Source: the human T2T-CHM13v2.0 reference genome, Homo sapiens
DNA: 64,000 nucleotides
NCBI RefSeq assembly: GCF_009914755.1
Contig: NC_060927.1
Reading direction: 5' to 3' (one strand)
This document shows positions 1 to 13,953 of this stretch, piece by piece. The notes under the pieces were generated by a model that saw nothing but the letters and a program-made list of their open reading frames with translations, was not told the DNA's origin and did no database searches. Made by a program: the position numbers and the translations under genes. Numbering within the stretch: position 1 is the first letter of the stretch; each line of letters begins with the position of its first letter.

Positions 1-459
1 TTATCTGTTATTATAGTAATATCTGTTATATTGACTACTACCTATTTTATTGTTCTACTGTCTGAATGTTAGACTTTCATGTAGAATTCATTTGTAGTTT
101 GGCTTGGTTTAATTTTTATCCAGAGAGACATAGAAATGTGGTTTACTGTTACTTTTGAGGATGAGGTCTATTAGTAAAGAACTATGTGGCCCATTATAAC
201 CCATTACTGTCTATGTGGATCCTGCAATACACTCCTCCATCACTTTACATGAAGAACTAACAGTAGAATGCAAAATGTAGGAAAATTTGCTTTAGGTTTT
301 ACACCTCAGCCTTCTAAGTTTCAGTTTGGTTCAGTCTGAGAAAGGCCTAGTAAATCAAGGAAAGAGAAGGGCTGCCTTGTGAGGCGGTATTACAAAAATG
401 AGAATTGCTCAGCCTGGATGGATACTCACCAATAGGATACATTACCTAAATCCAAAAGA

Positions 460-3020
460 GGACAGGTGTAGCAGCTTGTATTAGTTCTTTTTCACACTGC
501 TGATAAAGGCATACCCAAAACTGGGAACAAAAAGAGGTTTAAATGGACTTACAGTTTCACATGGCTGGGGAGGCCTCAGAAACATGGTGAGAGGCAAAAG
601 GCACTTCTTACATGGCAGCGGCAAGAGAAAAATGAGGAAGAAGCAAAAGTGGAAACCCCAGATAAACCAATCAGATCTTGTGAGACTTATTCACTGTCAT
701 GAGAATAATTCAAGAAAGTCCGGCCCCCTTGACTCAATTACCTCACCCGGGGTCCCTCCCACAACACATGGGAATTCTGGGAGACAAAATTCAAGTTCAG
801 ATGTGGGTGGGGACACAGTCAAACCATATCATTTTGCCCTTGGCCCCTCTAAATCTCATGGCCTCACATTTCAAAACCAATTATGCCTTCCGAACAGTCC
901 CCCAAAGTCTTAACTCATTTCAGCATTAACCCAAAAGTCCACAGTCCAAAGTCTCATCTGAGACAAGGCAAGTCCCTTCTACCTATGAGCCTGTAAAATC
1001 AAAAGCAGGCTAGTTACTTCCTAGATACAATGGGGGTACAGGTATTGGGTAAATATAGCCATTCCAAATGGGAGAAATTGGCCAAAACAAAGGGGTTACA
1101 GGGTCCATGCAAGTCTGAAATCCAGTGGGGCAGTCAAATTTTAAAGCTCCAAAACGATCTCCTTTGACTCCAGGTCTCGCTGATGCAAAAGGTGGGTTCC
1201 CATGGTCTTGGGCAGCTCTGCTTCTGTGGCTTTGCAGGGTACAGCCTGCCTCCTGGATGCTTTCACGGGCTGGCGTTGAGTGCGGCTTTTCCAGGCACAC
1301 AGTGCAAGCTGTCAGTGGATCTACCATTCTGGGGTCTGGAGGATGGTGGCCCTCTTCTCACAGCTCCACTAGGTCACTGCCTACAGTAGGGACTCTGTGT
1401 GGGGGCTGTGACCCCACATTTCCCTTCAGCACTGCCGTAGCAAAGGTTCTCCATGAGGGCCCCACCCCTGCAGCAAACTTTTGCCTGAGCATTTAGGCGT
1501 TTCCATTCATCTTCTGAAATCTAGGCAGAGGTTCCCAAACCTTAATTCTTGACTTCAGTGCACCTGCAGGCTCAACACCACATGGAAGCTGCCAAGGCTT
1601 AGGGAATCCACCCTCTGAAGCCACAGCCTGAGTTCTGCGTTGGCTCCTTTCAGCCATGGCTGGAGCAGCTGAGACACAGGTCACCAAGTTCCTAGGCTGC
1701 ACGCAGCATGGGGACCCTGGGCCTGACCCACAAAACCACTTTTTCCTCCTGGGCTTCCAGGCCTGTGATGGGAGGGGCTGCCGTGAAGGTCTCTGACATG
1801 GTCTGGAGACATTTTCCCCGTGGTCTTGGGGATTAACATTAGGCTCCTTGCTACTTATGCAAATTCTGGCAGCCAGCTTGAATTTCTTCTCAAAAAAATG
1901 GGTTTTTCTTTTCTACTGCATCATCAGGCTGTAAATTTTCTGAACTTTTATGCTCCGTTTCCCTTTTAAAACAGAATGCTCTTAATAGCACCCAAGTCAC
2001 CTTTTGAGTGCTTTGCTGCTTAGAAGTTTCTTCCCCCAGATACCCTAAATCATCTCTCTCAAGTTCAAAGTTCCACAAATCTCTAGGGCAGGGGAAGTAT
2101 GCCACCAGTCTCTTTGCTAAAACATAATAAGAGTCACCTTTGCTCCAGTTCCCAACAAGTTCCTTGTCCTCATCTGAGACCACCTCAGCCTGGACCTTAT
2201 TGTTCATATCACTATCAGCATTTTTGTCAAAGCCATTCAACAAGTCTCTAGGAGGCTCCAAACTTTCTCACATTTTTCTGTCTTCTTCTGAGCCCTCCAA
2301 AGTGTTCCAGCCTCTGCCTGTTACCCAGTTCCAAAGTCGCTTCCACATTTTTGGGTATCTTTTCAGCAACACCTACTCCTGGTACTAATTTATGGTATTA
2401 GTTCATTTTAACGCTGCTGATAAAGACATACCCAAAACTGGGAACAAAGAGACGTTTAATTGGATTTACAGTTTCACATGGCTGAGAAGGCCTCAGAATC
2501 ATGGCGGGAGGTGAAAGGCACTTCTCACATGGCAGCGGCGAGAGAAAAATGAGGAAGCAAAAGGGGAAACCTCTGATAAACCCATCAGATCTTGTGAGAC
2601 TTATTCACTATCATGAGAATAGCAGGGGAAAGATTGGCCCCCATGATTCATGGGTTCCACCCACAACACATGGGAATTCTGGAGATACAACTATAGTTGA
2701 GATTTGGGTGGGGACACAGTCAAACCATATCACGGGTCATGCCTATAATCCCAGCATTTTGGGAGGCTGAGGTGGGCAGATTGCTTGAGCCCATGAATTT
2801 GAGACCAGCTCTGGCAATATGGTGAAACGCTGTCTCTACAAAAAATATTTCTAAAAATTAGCTGGGCATAGCAGTGCACTCCTGTAGTTAACAGCTACTT
2901 GGGAGGCTGAGGTGGGAGTATCACTTGAGCCCAGAAGGTTGAGACTGAAGTGAGCCATCATCATGCCACTGAACACCAGCCTGGGTGACAGAGCAAGACC
3001 CTGTCTCATAAATAAAATAA
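460..3020 (+). mobile_element. AluJ split by the THE1A insertion (pieces 460-476 and 2733-3020)
   Basis: ggacaggtgtagcagct (degraded Alu 5' end) lies before the LTR and continues as catgcctataatcccagc after it. A-tail at ~3008-3021. Degenerate TSD aaatccaaaaga/agattcaaaaga. Confidence 0.8.
477..2732 (-). mobile_element. Full-length THE1A MaLR LTR retrotransposon (LTR 477-831, internal 832-2393, LTR 2394-2732)
   Basis: Two ~350-bp direct LTRs (tgtattag...aaaccatatca) match the reverse complement of the THE1A consensus and flank a ~1.56-kb THE1-int. Degenerate 5-bp TSD cagct/cgggt. Confidence 0.92.
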
Positions 3021-3689
3021 AGATTCAAAAGATGGTGAAGAGTTAAGGATTTGTTCAATACCTCCAAAAGAGTATTCTTTACAACTTGAAATAAGCATGA
3101 GGACTTTGATTCCACCATCCATCCATTCCATGAAGTCTGAAACCTGGAAGCAATTTTTTTTGTAAAAATCTTTTCTGATTATAGAAGTAATGTTAATTGT
3201 AGAAAATATTGTTAAGCACAGTAAAGAAAATAACCTGTAACCCTACATTGTAGAGATAATTTTTACAATAATCATAACTGTAATCATTGTGAATCAAGCT
3301 TTATTTTGTGTATGTATCTAGATATTTATTTCTAGTTGTGTGTATAATAACTGATTTTTAGAATTGAAATTGTATTTTTATACCTACATTAAGAACATTT
3401 CCTCATTGTCACATACACATGTGAAATATCCATCATTTAGATGAACCATAATTTTCTGTGTCCTATTTTTGATTATTTAAGGTTATCTCCTAGTTTTTGC
3501 TTCTGTACATAATGGAGCAATGAAAAGAGCCTTGTATGTAAAAATGTATGTGAAAATTTCTAGTTATTTTATTATGGACAGTGCCTAAAACTGGATTTTT
3601 TTGGGTGAAAGCTCCTGATAGTTTTAAGGATTTTTGAAACATATTTCATTGTCTTACCAGCTTGCCCAGTGCTGTGTGTATCAGGCGTT

Positions 3690-3960
3690 TTACTCTACAA
3701 ATGATGTTCCCTTCATCACCCCTGCCTTGGTTAAAGCCTTAACATTTCTTCACTGGTTTACATCAACAGCCTCTAGCCTTGACTCTCTCCAAGCACTTTC
3801 CATATTTCCAACGTGATCCTTCTTACATAGGAATTCATCACATCAGTGGCTCCTCTGTAGCCTTTACATCAAACCACATATCCTAGCATGTATGTAGAAC
3901 TTTTGGGGATTTGAGCAGTCCTGACCTCCCCAACCTTCATCTGGAAATAATTGCCTGCCT
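3690..3960 (+). mobile_element. L2 fragment
   Basis: Pyrimidine-rich L2 3'-region-like motifs (acagcctctagcc...cagtggctcc...cctagcatg). Confidence 0.45.
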
Positions 3961-4899
3961 ACAGTCTGGGCTTCATTCCTGTTAAAATATAGTAGAAGCC
4001 GTCTAATCTGAGGCATGATTTTTAAATTTAAAAATATTGGCTAAAATAATGAGAGATTAGTATCTTAAAATGTTTATTTTACATACATCTCTTAAAATGT
4101 TTATTTTAACTTAAAACATATAGTTGGACATTGTTCACCAATCCTTTGATGTAGGAACAAGACCTTTCCTTTGAATGTGGTTCCACCATTGAAATCTACT
4201 CATTGGAATCCCATGTCATTTTTCTTGTGTAACCACACCCATAATATGTCACTTACAAGTTCCAGTTTGGGATTCTTTTAAACAGAGTGAATACAAGGGC
4301 AGAATTCTTCCAGGTTGTTATGATTTATTTTCCAGTCTTGTATGGCTGCCTCACTCCTAATTTGACAGTAATTTTTTGGGACCTAGTATTTTTGAGGCTA
4401 TTCTATCTAGCTTTATAGAAGTACTAAGTCTTTTGATTCATATTCATATTCCATTGGTTTCTATAATATGATTAAGTTACGTGATTGTAATGCCAAGCAC
4501 AACTCGCACAAACATATTGAGAACCAGTATAAATAACCTTTGGCACACATGCCCCTCAACTGGGAAAGCATAAATCCTCCCAGCATACTGTAGAGATGCC
4601 TTCAGGCTGAGAGCACTTGACTTGGTATGGGTACTGGTGAGCGCATCTTTCAGAAGGAGTGGAGAATATTTGTTAATTTAGGAGCTGGTTCAGTGGAGGC
4701 CAGTGAAAGAAGTTTCTGTTGTGTTTACAGTACCCTAAATATGTCGTGGTCTCTCCCTTCTTTATCTTCAGCCTGCTGCTTACTCTGAGATCCTTGCAAA
4801 CTGGACTGCAGCATCCTAAGTTACTGCAGGAAGTTTTCTCTTTCATAGCCCCTCCCCTTCCAGCTAGCTGCTGCTCCTGTGTGCTCATGTACCGCCACA

Positions 4900-5060
4900 T
4901 GCTTTTCTCTGTGTAAGTGCCTATTGTAATTTATTTGCTTAAAGTCTCCCTAGAATAGACTGTGAGTCCAGTGAGACGAGGGGCCTTGTCCTTTACCTCT
5001 GACTCCCTAGCTTCTGACACAGTCTTGGCTCTTGGAAAATATTGGATAAATGAAAATGAA
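4900..5060 (+). mobile_element. L2 3' end
   Basis: tagactgtgag...ggggccttgtc...gacacagt...taaatgaaaatgaa, a typical L2 terminus. Confidence 0.6.
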
Positions 5061-5228
5061 TTTCTTTAGCAAGTGGTATAAGCTGAAAATATACGTATCA
5101 CATATCCTCATTCTAAGACACATTCAGTGTCCCTGAAATTAGAATAGGACTTACAATAAGTGTGTTCACTTTCTCAATAGCTGTTATTCAATTGATGGTA
5201 GGCCTTAAAAGTCAAAGAAATGAGAGGG

Positions 5229-6000
5229 CATGTGAAAAAAAGCTCAACATCACTGATCATTAGAAAACTTCCATTCAAACCCCCAATGAGATACCATCTC
5301 ATACCAGTCAGAATGGCTATTATTAAAAAGTCAAAAAATAACAGATGCTGGCAAGGTTGTGGAGAAAAAGGAACACTTAAACACTGTTGGTGAGTGTAAA
5401 TTAGTTCAGCGATTGTGGAAGACAGTGTGGCAATTCCTCATACCTAAAGACAGAAATACTGTTCGACTCAGCAATTCCATTATTAGGTATATACCCAAAG
5501 GAATATAAATTATTCTCTTATAAAGACGCATGCACACCTATGTTCATTGAAGCACTATTCACAATAGCAAACACATGGAATCAGCTGAAATGCCCATCAG
5601 TGGCGGACTGGATAAAGAAATTGTGTACATATACACCATGGAATACTATGCAGCCATAAAAAAGAATGAGACCATGTCTTTTGCAGGGACATGGAATGAG
5701 CTGGATGCCATTATCCTTAGCAAACTAATGCAAGAACAGAAAACCAAATACCGCATGTTCTCACTTACAAGTGAGAGCTAAATGAGGAGAACACATGGAC
5801 ACATAGAGGGAAACAGCACACACTGGGACCTTTCAGAGGGTGGAGGGTGGGAGGAGGGAGAGGATCAGGAAAGTAACTAATGAGTACTAGGCTTAATACC
5901 TGGGTGAGGAAATAATCTGTACAACAACCCCCCATGATACAAGTTTACCTATATAACCTGCACTTGTACCCCTTTAGTTAAAATAGAAGTTAAAAAAAAA
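5229..6000 (+). mobile_element. 5'-truncated L1 (older L1PA13-16/L1PB class), ORF2 C-terminus plus 3' UTR and A-tail
   Basis: ORF 5575-5781 gives YTMEYYAAIKKNE...MFSL (ORF2 C-terminus). G-rich 3' UTR and poly-A ending at 6000. Confidence 0.9.
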
Positions 6001-6169
6001 TGTTAGATCACCTCAGGGACAACTATAGTGAGCATAGTTGTTGGTGTGGCAGTGTTCTTCCATAAACACCCCTCCATGTTTCTGTCAGAATCCGCTTTCT
6101 GGGCCTTCAGTAACCAGTGCAACATTCCTTGATTTCTAATTCCTAAGGGTGGCTCAGAGTAGGGAGGTT

Positions 6170-6705
6170 GTGTAGCCCCATGGTTATGAGCATGAAGACT
6201 GGAGGTCAGATGTAGGCCATGCCTCTTAGGCAAGTCAGGTCCTCACTTTTCTCATCTATAAAATGGAGAAAGTCATGACTTTGGGATGATGCATGAAACC
6301 ACTTAGAACTGCTTGGCATGCAGTATGCCTTCAGTATATTCTAGCAGTTGCTGTTGCTATTGTGAAACCAAAGAGTTCATAAAAGTGATCCTATAAATAA
6401 TATAATCAAAGAAGTATTCATAAGATGCTTCTATAAATAATATCATTTCTGTCACACACTCCTTGCAAAGAATTCAAGGAGAAAGTACTACTGGGTAGAT
6501 GTTTGATTCTGGAATCTACCATTTAACAACTGTAACATGTCTGGGATATTTTCTTAACTTCTCTTAGCCTTGATTTCTCTACCTATAAAATGGGATGATA
6601 ATAATAATGCAAAACTTAGGGGGTTATTAAGCATAGCAAATTATAGGATACATGTAAAATACAGCTCCTGGCAGATAATAACTGCTCAATAAATGTTAGC
6701 TATCT
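6170..6705 (+). mobile_element. Two MIR fragments (~6170-6350 and ~6490-6705)
   Basis: MIR core motifs ctcatctataaaatgg and ctataaaatgggatgataata, plus ctcaataaatgttagct. Confidence 0.65.
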
Positions 6706-7440
6706 CTGGCAGTTATAATTCACAGTCACAGACTTGGATATGCAAAATAGAGCTTTATTTGTCTGTAGCTGAATGTTTCTCACCTCTTGAATTTCCATTT
6801 CCACTGATGGCAGAAATCATAAATCTTGCCAATTTATGATAAATTCAGTGACTTTCAGGCTTTTTTTCTTAATCTCTAGTTTGAGTAAATTCTCAGTTGA
6901 TTTTGGATTCTTTCCTTTTGCTTTCTCCCAAAGGGTGAGGTCCTGGGGAGCAGGTGTTTTTCTGATATCCATATGCTTCTGTTCAGATGTAGGGCTCCTA
7001 TTGGTCTTTGGCCCTGCTGTGTGCACAGCTGGAAGTTTTCATTTCTCTTCTGCCTCCTGGGATCCATCAGGGTCCTACAGATCCCTTTGGTTCCCTGAAG
7101 CCTGGTTCACCTGCCTAATCACTGACATTTTGGGGAAAACTCTCAGTGTTCTCTAGCACCTCACAGGAGAGCCAAGAACCTGTAAGACGGCCTCCATTCA
7201 TTTCCTTGCCCACACTGTGCAGCCATAGCTCCTCCATCCCTCAGGCCCCTGCTGGGTGCTGAGCTTTTCTCAGAGCTGCTACTTTCCTGGATTTCCCAGG
7301 CACAGGCATCTGCCTGAACTTACCTGGTGTTTGTTACCTAAGGATTCATCCCCTATCCACCTGGGCTTGACTTAGTGTGGATTGGGAAAGAAGAGTACTG
7401 CTTCCTTCTTAGAAGCCCACAAGAGGCATCTGTTAGTCTT

Positions 7441-8074
7441 TGTGTTAGTTTTCTATTGCTTCCATAACAAATTACCACACATTTTGCAGCACAAAATACT
7501 ACAAGTTTATTATCTCACAGTTCTCTAGGTCAGAAGTCCAGCTTGACTCTGCTGACATCTCTGTGTCAGGTGGCATAGGGTCAAAACCAAGGCCCACTTC
7601 CGAGCTCACCAGGTGGTTGGCAGTTTCTTGCCATTGTGGGACTGAGATCTGTTAGCTGGCTGTCAGCGGCAGGTCATTCTCAGCTTCTAGAGGCTGTCCA
7701 TGTTCCTTGGTCCATGGCTCTCTTCCTCCATCTGCAAAGCTAGCAATGGTGGGTTGAGTCCTTCTCATGGTTTGAATCTCTCTAACCTTCCCTTCTGCCT
7801 CGTCTTTTTTGCCTTCCTCTTCCAATGCATCTCTCTCAGTAACTCTTCTGGCCTTCCTCTTCTGCTTTTAAGGACTCGGGTGATTACATTAGGCCTACCC
7901 TCATAATTTCCCTGTCTTAAAGTCAGCTCATTAGTAATCTTAATTCTTTCTGCAAAGTTCCTTCACTGCAGTACCTGGGTTAGCAGTTGATTGAATAACC
8001 AAGCAACAGGAAACCTTGGGGGTATGTGTGTGCGTGCACATGTGTGTGTTTCTTTAGAATTCTGCCTGACACAC
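7441..8074 (-). mobile_element. MLT1D/E-type MaLR solo LTR
   Basis: tgtgttagttttctattgct..cataacaaattaccac at one end and gaattctgcctgacaca at the other. Confidence 0.75.
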
Positions 8075-8578
8075 TCTTACCCCCAAACTTCCACGACTTT
8101 CTCTCGTCCACAAGTAGAGGGATAAACTGGCTTGGCATATATTCCTTGAAAACTATTGCTTCTGCTAGAACTTCAGTTTTTGAACCTGAGTACTTTTAAA
8201 AGTGTCAAACTATTTTCTCTACAGCAAGCCTGAAGATGCTTTGGATATCTAGAAATAAAACCAATATTTTTCTCTGTTATAGCCTGTGTACCCCATGGGC
8301 AGTGGGTACAAAGAGGTCTCCCGGTCTCTTAGGGTGGTGGCTAAAGGGTAAAGGTCCTTCTAAAGGCACGACAGTTCAGTTAATCAAATGTTTATTGATT
8401 ATTCTGTTGACAGTGCTGTGGGAGATCCTGCCCTCACGGAATTTATAACCTAATAGGGGTGAATGTCATTTAAATACATACTTATAATAAGTGCAGAATA
8501 TGGGAAGACTGTGGGGAATATGCAGTGTTGTCAGAGCCTATAAGAGGAGGCTGGGACTTCCAATTGAGAGGTTAAAGG

Positions 8579-8602
8579 TTTTTTTTTTTTTTTTTTTTTT
8601 TT
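8579..8602. repeat. T24 homopolymer
   Basis: Direct read. Confidence 0.95.
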
Positions 8603-8880
8603 GGCTTAAAGAGTGGGTGGGTTTTGAGAAATAATGTTACGTATTTGTAGTCTACAATGTACTTTCTATACTGGATTTCACTTAGTACTCACAGTTCCTT
8701 TTTGTGGCAGGGATTATACTGTTTGTGTTACAGATGTGGGAGCTAAGCCTGAGAGACTTGGCTCAAAATCAGATTCCAATCATTGACTGACTGAGATTGA
8801 ACCCAGCTTCACCAACTCTAAATCAAAACCATGCAGAGAGAACTGCATGAGTGAAGACAGTGAGGTGGGCTAGTGTATCA

Positions 8881-9385
8881 TGTAGAGCTAGCCTCCAGGG
8901 TGGCCAACCATGATCCCCAGCTACTGGTACTCACACTTTTGTGTAGTTTCCTCCCAAACTGAATGGGAATGGCCTGCATAACCAATAAGATGTAGAAATA
9001 ATGATGTGTGGGTTATGTCTGAGGCTAGGTTATAACAGATATTGCAGCTTGCAGCTTGCTTTATTGGATCTGTCATTCCAAGGGAAAATAGCCACCATGT
9101 TGTGAGGACATTTAAGCATCTTCTTGGAGAGGTCCATGTGGCAGGACTATGCAAGATCCATCATGAAAGCAGATATTCCAGTCTCAGTCAAGTCTTCAAA
9201 TGATTACAGTCCGAGGCAACAACATGACTATACCTTCATGGGAGCCTCTGAGCGAGAACCACCCCAGTTAAGCTGCACTCAGAATCCTAACCTGCAGAAA
9301 CTATGTGAAATAATAGACGTTTATTGTTGTTTTGAGCCATTGTGTTCTGGGCTAATTTGTTTCACAGTAATAGATAGCTAATACA
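8881..9385 (+). mobile_element. MLT1F-type MaLR solo LTR
   Basis: Ends ...ttgagccattgtgttctgggctaatttgtttcacagtaatagatagctaataca, an MLT1 3' terminus. Confidence 0.75.
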
Positions 9386-9857
9386 GCATGGGGTTTAAAA
9401 GAGTAATTTTATTTAAATAACGTTGAACAGATTGTAAAAAACTTGCCTGCCAGACTGAAAACCATATTTTTTATTCTGATGGCATGAGGGAGCCACTGAA
9501 GGGTTTTGAACAGTAGAATATTTGGAAAAATAGGCTATTGGAGAGTCTCTTGCATATAGAGTATTTACAAATTAACTGAATTCTATGTCATTTGGGCCTG
9601 GAGAGGAGTCACTAAGAAATTAAATACCCCCCAAATACTTCCTGCTTCATCTTTTTTGTTCTGAAAATCTTAAAATATGTATCTGCCTTCTTTTGCAATC
9701 CTAGGAATTGTGTTTCATTTTTAATCTTTTTCTAATTAGTGGAGATTTTTCTACTTCTAGCATTCATAGAAGATTAGAGCCCATGAAAGATAAAACAGCT
9801 TATTCCAAGAGTATGCCGAGGCAAATCTGTGGGTTACCACCAGGATGAAGTGTATGT

Positions 9858-9858
<1 letters not shown>

Positions 9859-9896
<38 letters not shown>
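9859..9896. repeat. (GT)19 microsatellite
   Basis: Direct read. Confidence 0.97.
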
Positions 9897-9899
<3 letters not shown>

Positions 9900-10347
9900 A
9901 AATGATTACATTTCAGCCAAACACAGACATAGCAGGGAAAAGTGTGTAGTGGAAAAATTCTGATCTTGAGCCTCTGTTCTCTAGCCTTCTAGTGGAGTCA
10001 GATTACAAAGGGGATTTAATTGCCAGCAAGATCTTGATGTTAATTCAGCTGCCAAAAAAGGGATTGCTCATGATTCACCAGGTTACCCAGGAGAAATTGG
10101 GTGACACATCCTGAGTCTCTGAGAACTTTAGGTCTTGGGAGGCCTTTACCTGATCCTGGTCACTGAACCGCTATAGCCTCTAAGCCACAACCTTTTTGGA
10201 AGACTGATCTGGGTGTAATGAATACTTTCCTTTTAAGTAGATTTCCTAAATCCAAGTTTTGAGGAGGTAGTCTAAAGTGGCTCCACATCTTTGGATTTTG
10301 CTTAAACCTTGTAAGGACTGACAGATCTCCTATAAAAATGTTGTTTA

Positions 10348-11400
<1,053 letters not shown>

Positions 11401-11509
11401 GTTGTTCGTGAAGATGACCTTTCTATATCGTGGGTACACTTGGCCTTGCAGGTGACCTCAGAGACTGTCATGCCTGTTTTGCTTTGCTTGGAGTTCATTG
11501 GCAGAATGA

Positions 11510-11705
11510 TACGGTGGAAAGAATAGTAGGTTGGAGAGTCCAGAGGTGAAAGTGCTGGTTCTCACTGTGCTCCTAACTAGCTGTGTTATTTTGGGCAAGT
11601 CACTGAATTCCCCTGGGTCACACAGCTTTCTTGCCCATAAAATGAGGAAGGGTTGCAATAGATACTTTCGAAGGTTCATTCTAATTACAATACTCTATAA
11701 CTTGT
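11510..11705 (+). mobile_element. MIR
   Basis: ctagctgtgttattttgggcaagtcactgaa...cataaaatgagg, a MIR core. Confidence 0.7.
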
Positions 11706-11745
11706 GATTCCTTTTATGAACTATCTTCATCAAATTTGAGGTACT

Positions 11746-11880
11746 GCCAGGCATAGTGGCTCACGCCTGTAATCCCAGCACTCAGGGAGACAGAAGTGGG
11801 AGGATAGCTTGAGCTCAGGAGTTTGAGACCAGCTTGGTCAACATAGTGAGACCCCGTTCTCCACAAAAAGAAAAAAAAAA
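11746..11880 (+). pseudogene. BC200 (BCYRN1)-type monomeric Alu retrocopy
   Basis: Monomer carrying BC200-diagnostic ctcagggag, ggatagcttgag and gagaccccgttctcca. A-rich tail. TSD ttgaggtactg on both sides. Confidence 0.8.
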
Positions 11881-13147
11881 TTGAGGTACTGTGTATCTCT
11901 GGGGAGAGTTCAGAGTGATAAGCTAACTCTGTTTCTAAAGAGAATAGGGCAAACGTTACAACCAGAGATATTCCTTGGAAACTTTATGCACTGTTATTAG
12001 ACACAAATACCCATTCATTAGTTTTCCAAGGTTTTTGTGTAAGATGAGTGTTCCTTTGTAACTGTAAGAAATATTTAATTTCTAAGACTCATAAAGGTAT
12101 GGAAAACATGAGAAAGGCTGTCATTGCATGCGTTGACAGTGAGTAAGTAAGCAAATCTGTGCCATATTGTTCAGTGTGTTTTATATTGTTTAATAGCTGC
12201 AGTTTTAGTCAATTATGATTTGTAGCATATTCTTAACGTTATGCAGGGGGTGCAGCCTCCTGCCTAATAATCAGTGTGACCTTAGTTTTGGTGCAACATT
12301 AGTATATAATACGGTACTTAGGAATTGTGATTTGTAGCTATGACAGATTTTCTTTTTAGGATTGGTAAGTACAGACAGGGCCCCCTTCTGGAACCCTTAC
12401 AGGATAACTGAAATCCACCAGTTAATCAGAAATCCTCTATTTTAGCTTCCACTGTAATTGCATCTCTTCTTCACCAAGCCTGTTTTGCCTGTTTTTTTCT
12501 CTTCCCTCAGAGGATGAGTGAAAATGCAATCAGATGAACAAGCAGACAAGTAAAAAGGAGGAAAATCAAGGAGCCTATATGTTCTCTGAGAGAGCTACAT
12601 AAACTTAAACTCTGTTGCTTCTGGAGTTGATTTGAGTGTGGGGGAGGGGGAGGAAGAGAAGGTCACCAGGTACAGCAGCTTGTCTTGTTTGAGCATTCAG
12701 CCACAGCTTCCAACACTGAACAGACAGAAATAAAAAGTTGGTGCTGGCTATGTGCGTCAGGTAGCTCTACATCAGTCCTGCCACTGTGGACCATGTTTAC
12801 ACCAGTAGGTTATTTTCTACACTCCTTTCATTCTAAGAGGATTACATCCTCCATTGCTTTCTGTCCAGGAATCCTTCAATTCCATCTGAAAGGCATGTTC
12901 GTGACATTTCTAGTTGGATCAGGAATTGACTTTGACCTGTAGTGGTCTGAGGAAGTGTCGAGTTGCTGGGTGACCTGCATCTTGTTGTCACATAGCCAGA
13001 GAGTATTGTGAATCCATTGCTGATCTGTGTTATATCACAGGGCCAGAGGGATACTGAGATTTCTTGAACTAAATCAGACATTTTCTAAACTCTGATTTGA
13101 AACAGATACAAACTCCTGAACCCACTGAAGCGAGACTGTCTCCTAAG

Positions 13148-13337
13148 GCTGTGGTTCTCAAAATTATGTGAGCATCAGAATCTCCTATAGGCTTTGTTAA
13201 AGTCCATTTGTTGTGTCCTCACTCCCAGAATTTCTGATTCAGTAAGTGTGCAGTAGGGGCAAATATTTTGCATTTCTACCAAGTTCCCAGGTGATGCTAA
13301 TGCTGCTGGTCCAGGGACCACTTTTGACAGCCATTGT
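13148..13337. mobile_element. MER5A hAT MITE
   Basis: gtggttctcaaa...catcagaatc...gcatttctaccaagttcccaggtgatgctaatgctgctggtccagggaccacttt. Confidence 0.85.
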
Positions 13338-13898
13338 CCTAAGGGGCTTCTCAACATGGAAAGATTTGAAGTCAGGCCATAGTCCTTTTGAGGTTTCTCA
13401 ATCCTTTCACTCTGTTGACCCAGCTTGTCTCTGACCTACTGCCCCTTGGGTATGGGGGCCATAGATGTGTGCTCATATCCTGTCTTTCAGTTCCATAGTG
13501 CCCAGACAACCAAGATTGTGTCTGAACTATGGTAGCCATCTAGTCTGAATTTTTGAATGTAGTGTAAAAGCCAGAGATTTAGGGCAGAATTTATGTCTCC
13601 TATTGCCTTAGGAACATTAATCTTGAAAAAACAGTCTTAGGTGGGGAGGATTCTCATTTTTATCTATGAGGAATTGAAACTCAGAGTTTAAATTATTTGC
13701 CCAGGAAGTAAATGGCAGAGTTGATATTTGAACCCAGGACTCTGGCTTCAGTGATGATTTTCCTTCACCTAAGCTTCTCTTTCTCTTGGGTTCCTTTTGA
13801 ACTGAAGATTTTCTTCACCCTTTCTTCTCATCATGAGTCTCTTTAATTAGAGTGTGAATTTTGACTTTAATATAGATATATGTGTGTATATATATATC

Positions 13899-13953
13899 TG
13901 TATGGAGGCCCATTTTCCAACAGTTTTATCAAGTCAGTGAAGTCCTCAGATGT
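13899..13953 (+). repeat. 55-bp direct copy of 17187-17246 embedded in a TA/TG tract
   Basis: tgtatggaggcccattttccaacagttttatcaagtcagtgaagtcctcagatgt versus the 17187 copy: 2 substitutions and one GTTTT indel. Confidence 0.93.

Noticed and set aside
6740-7160. Minus-strand terminal exon or processed pseudogene (A-rich ORFs, AATAAA at ~6754)
   Set aside because: No recognisable protein, poly-A or TSD. It could be an ancient L1/HAL1 remnant.
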